The position numbers and the translations under genes were made by a program. A stretch of 64,000 nt of DNA from a virus (Duplodnaviria; Heunggongvirae; Uroviricota; Caudoviricetes): IMG/VR virus record IMGVR_UViG_3300045988_005640; one strand, 5' to 3'. The notes below the pieces were generated by a model. The model did not search any database. It had not been told where the DNA came from and worked only from the letters and a program-made list of their open reading frames with translations. The first letter of the stretch is position 1. Every line of letters begins with the position of its first letter. Positions 63,996-64,000 of the stretch are shown piece after piece.

Positions 63996-64000
63996 ATCTC

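Overview
This 64-kb window reads as a contiguous piece of a virulent tailed dsDNA phage, AT-rich by eye (GC not computed), with no integrase or lysogeny module seen. A lipobox lipoprotein, an overlapped spanin pair and a signal-peptide transglycosylase point to a Gram-negative host. All calls are from reading the sequence and ORF track; no database search was run. Layout: (1) 1-405, tRNA-Ser and tRNA-Cys followed by two terminator hairpins. (2) 406-24177, plus strand, a complete morphogenesis module: large terminase, portal, S49 protease with scaffold-like tail, lambda D/E-like decoration and capsid genes, connectors, sheath, tube, a tail chaperone with a -1 frameshift site, tape measure, Mu/P2-like baseplate, and two His-x-His-rich tail fibers. 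(3) 24214-33933, minus strand: thymidylate synthase, DHFR, an HTH regulator, secreted and lipoprotein genes, ATP-dependent DNA ligase, family A DNA polymerase. (4) 34192-63827, plus strand: dNMP kinase, T7-like primase-helicase, SSB-like protein, flap endonuclease, homing endonucleases, aerobic and anaerobic ribonucleotide reductases, rIIA/rIIB, a lysis cassette and a macro-domain protein. The most interesting locus is an adjacent Prs-like plus NadV-like gene pair (52831-55539), a candidate NAD+ reconstitution counter-defence module. Other leads are the macro-domain protein, a tiny membrane-anchored DnaJ-type zinc-finger ORF missing from the ORF track, a structured non-coding region at 27.7-28.0 kb, and recurring sigma70-like promoters and hairpin terminators. 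I cannot show from sequence alone that any of these is a genuinely undescribed system.
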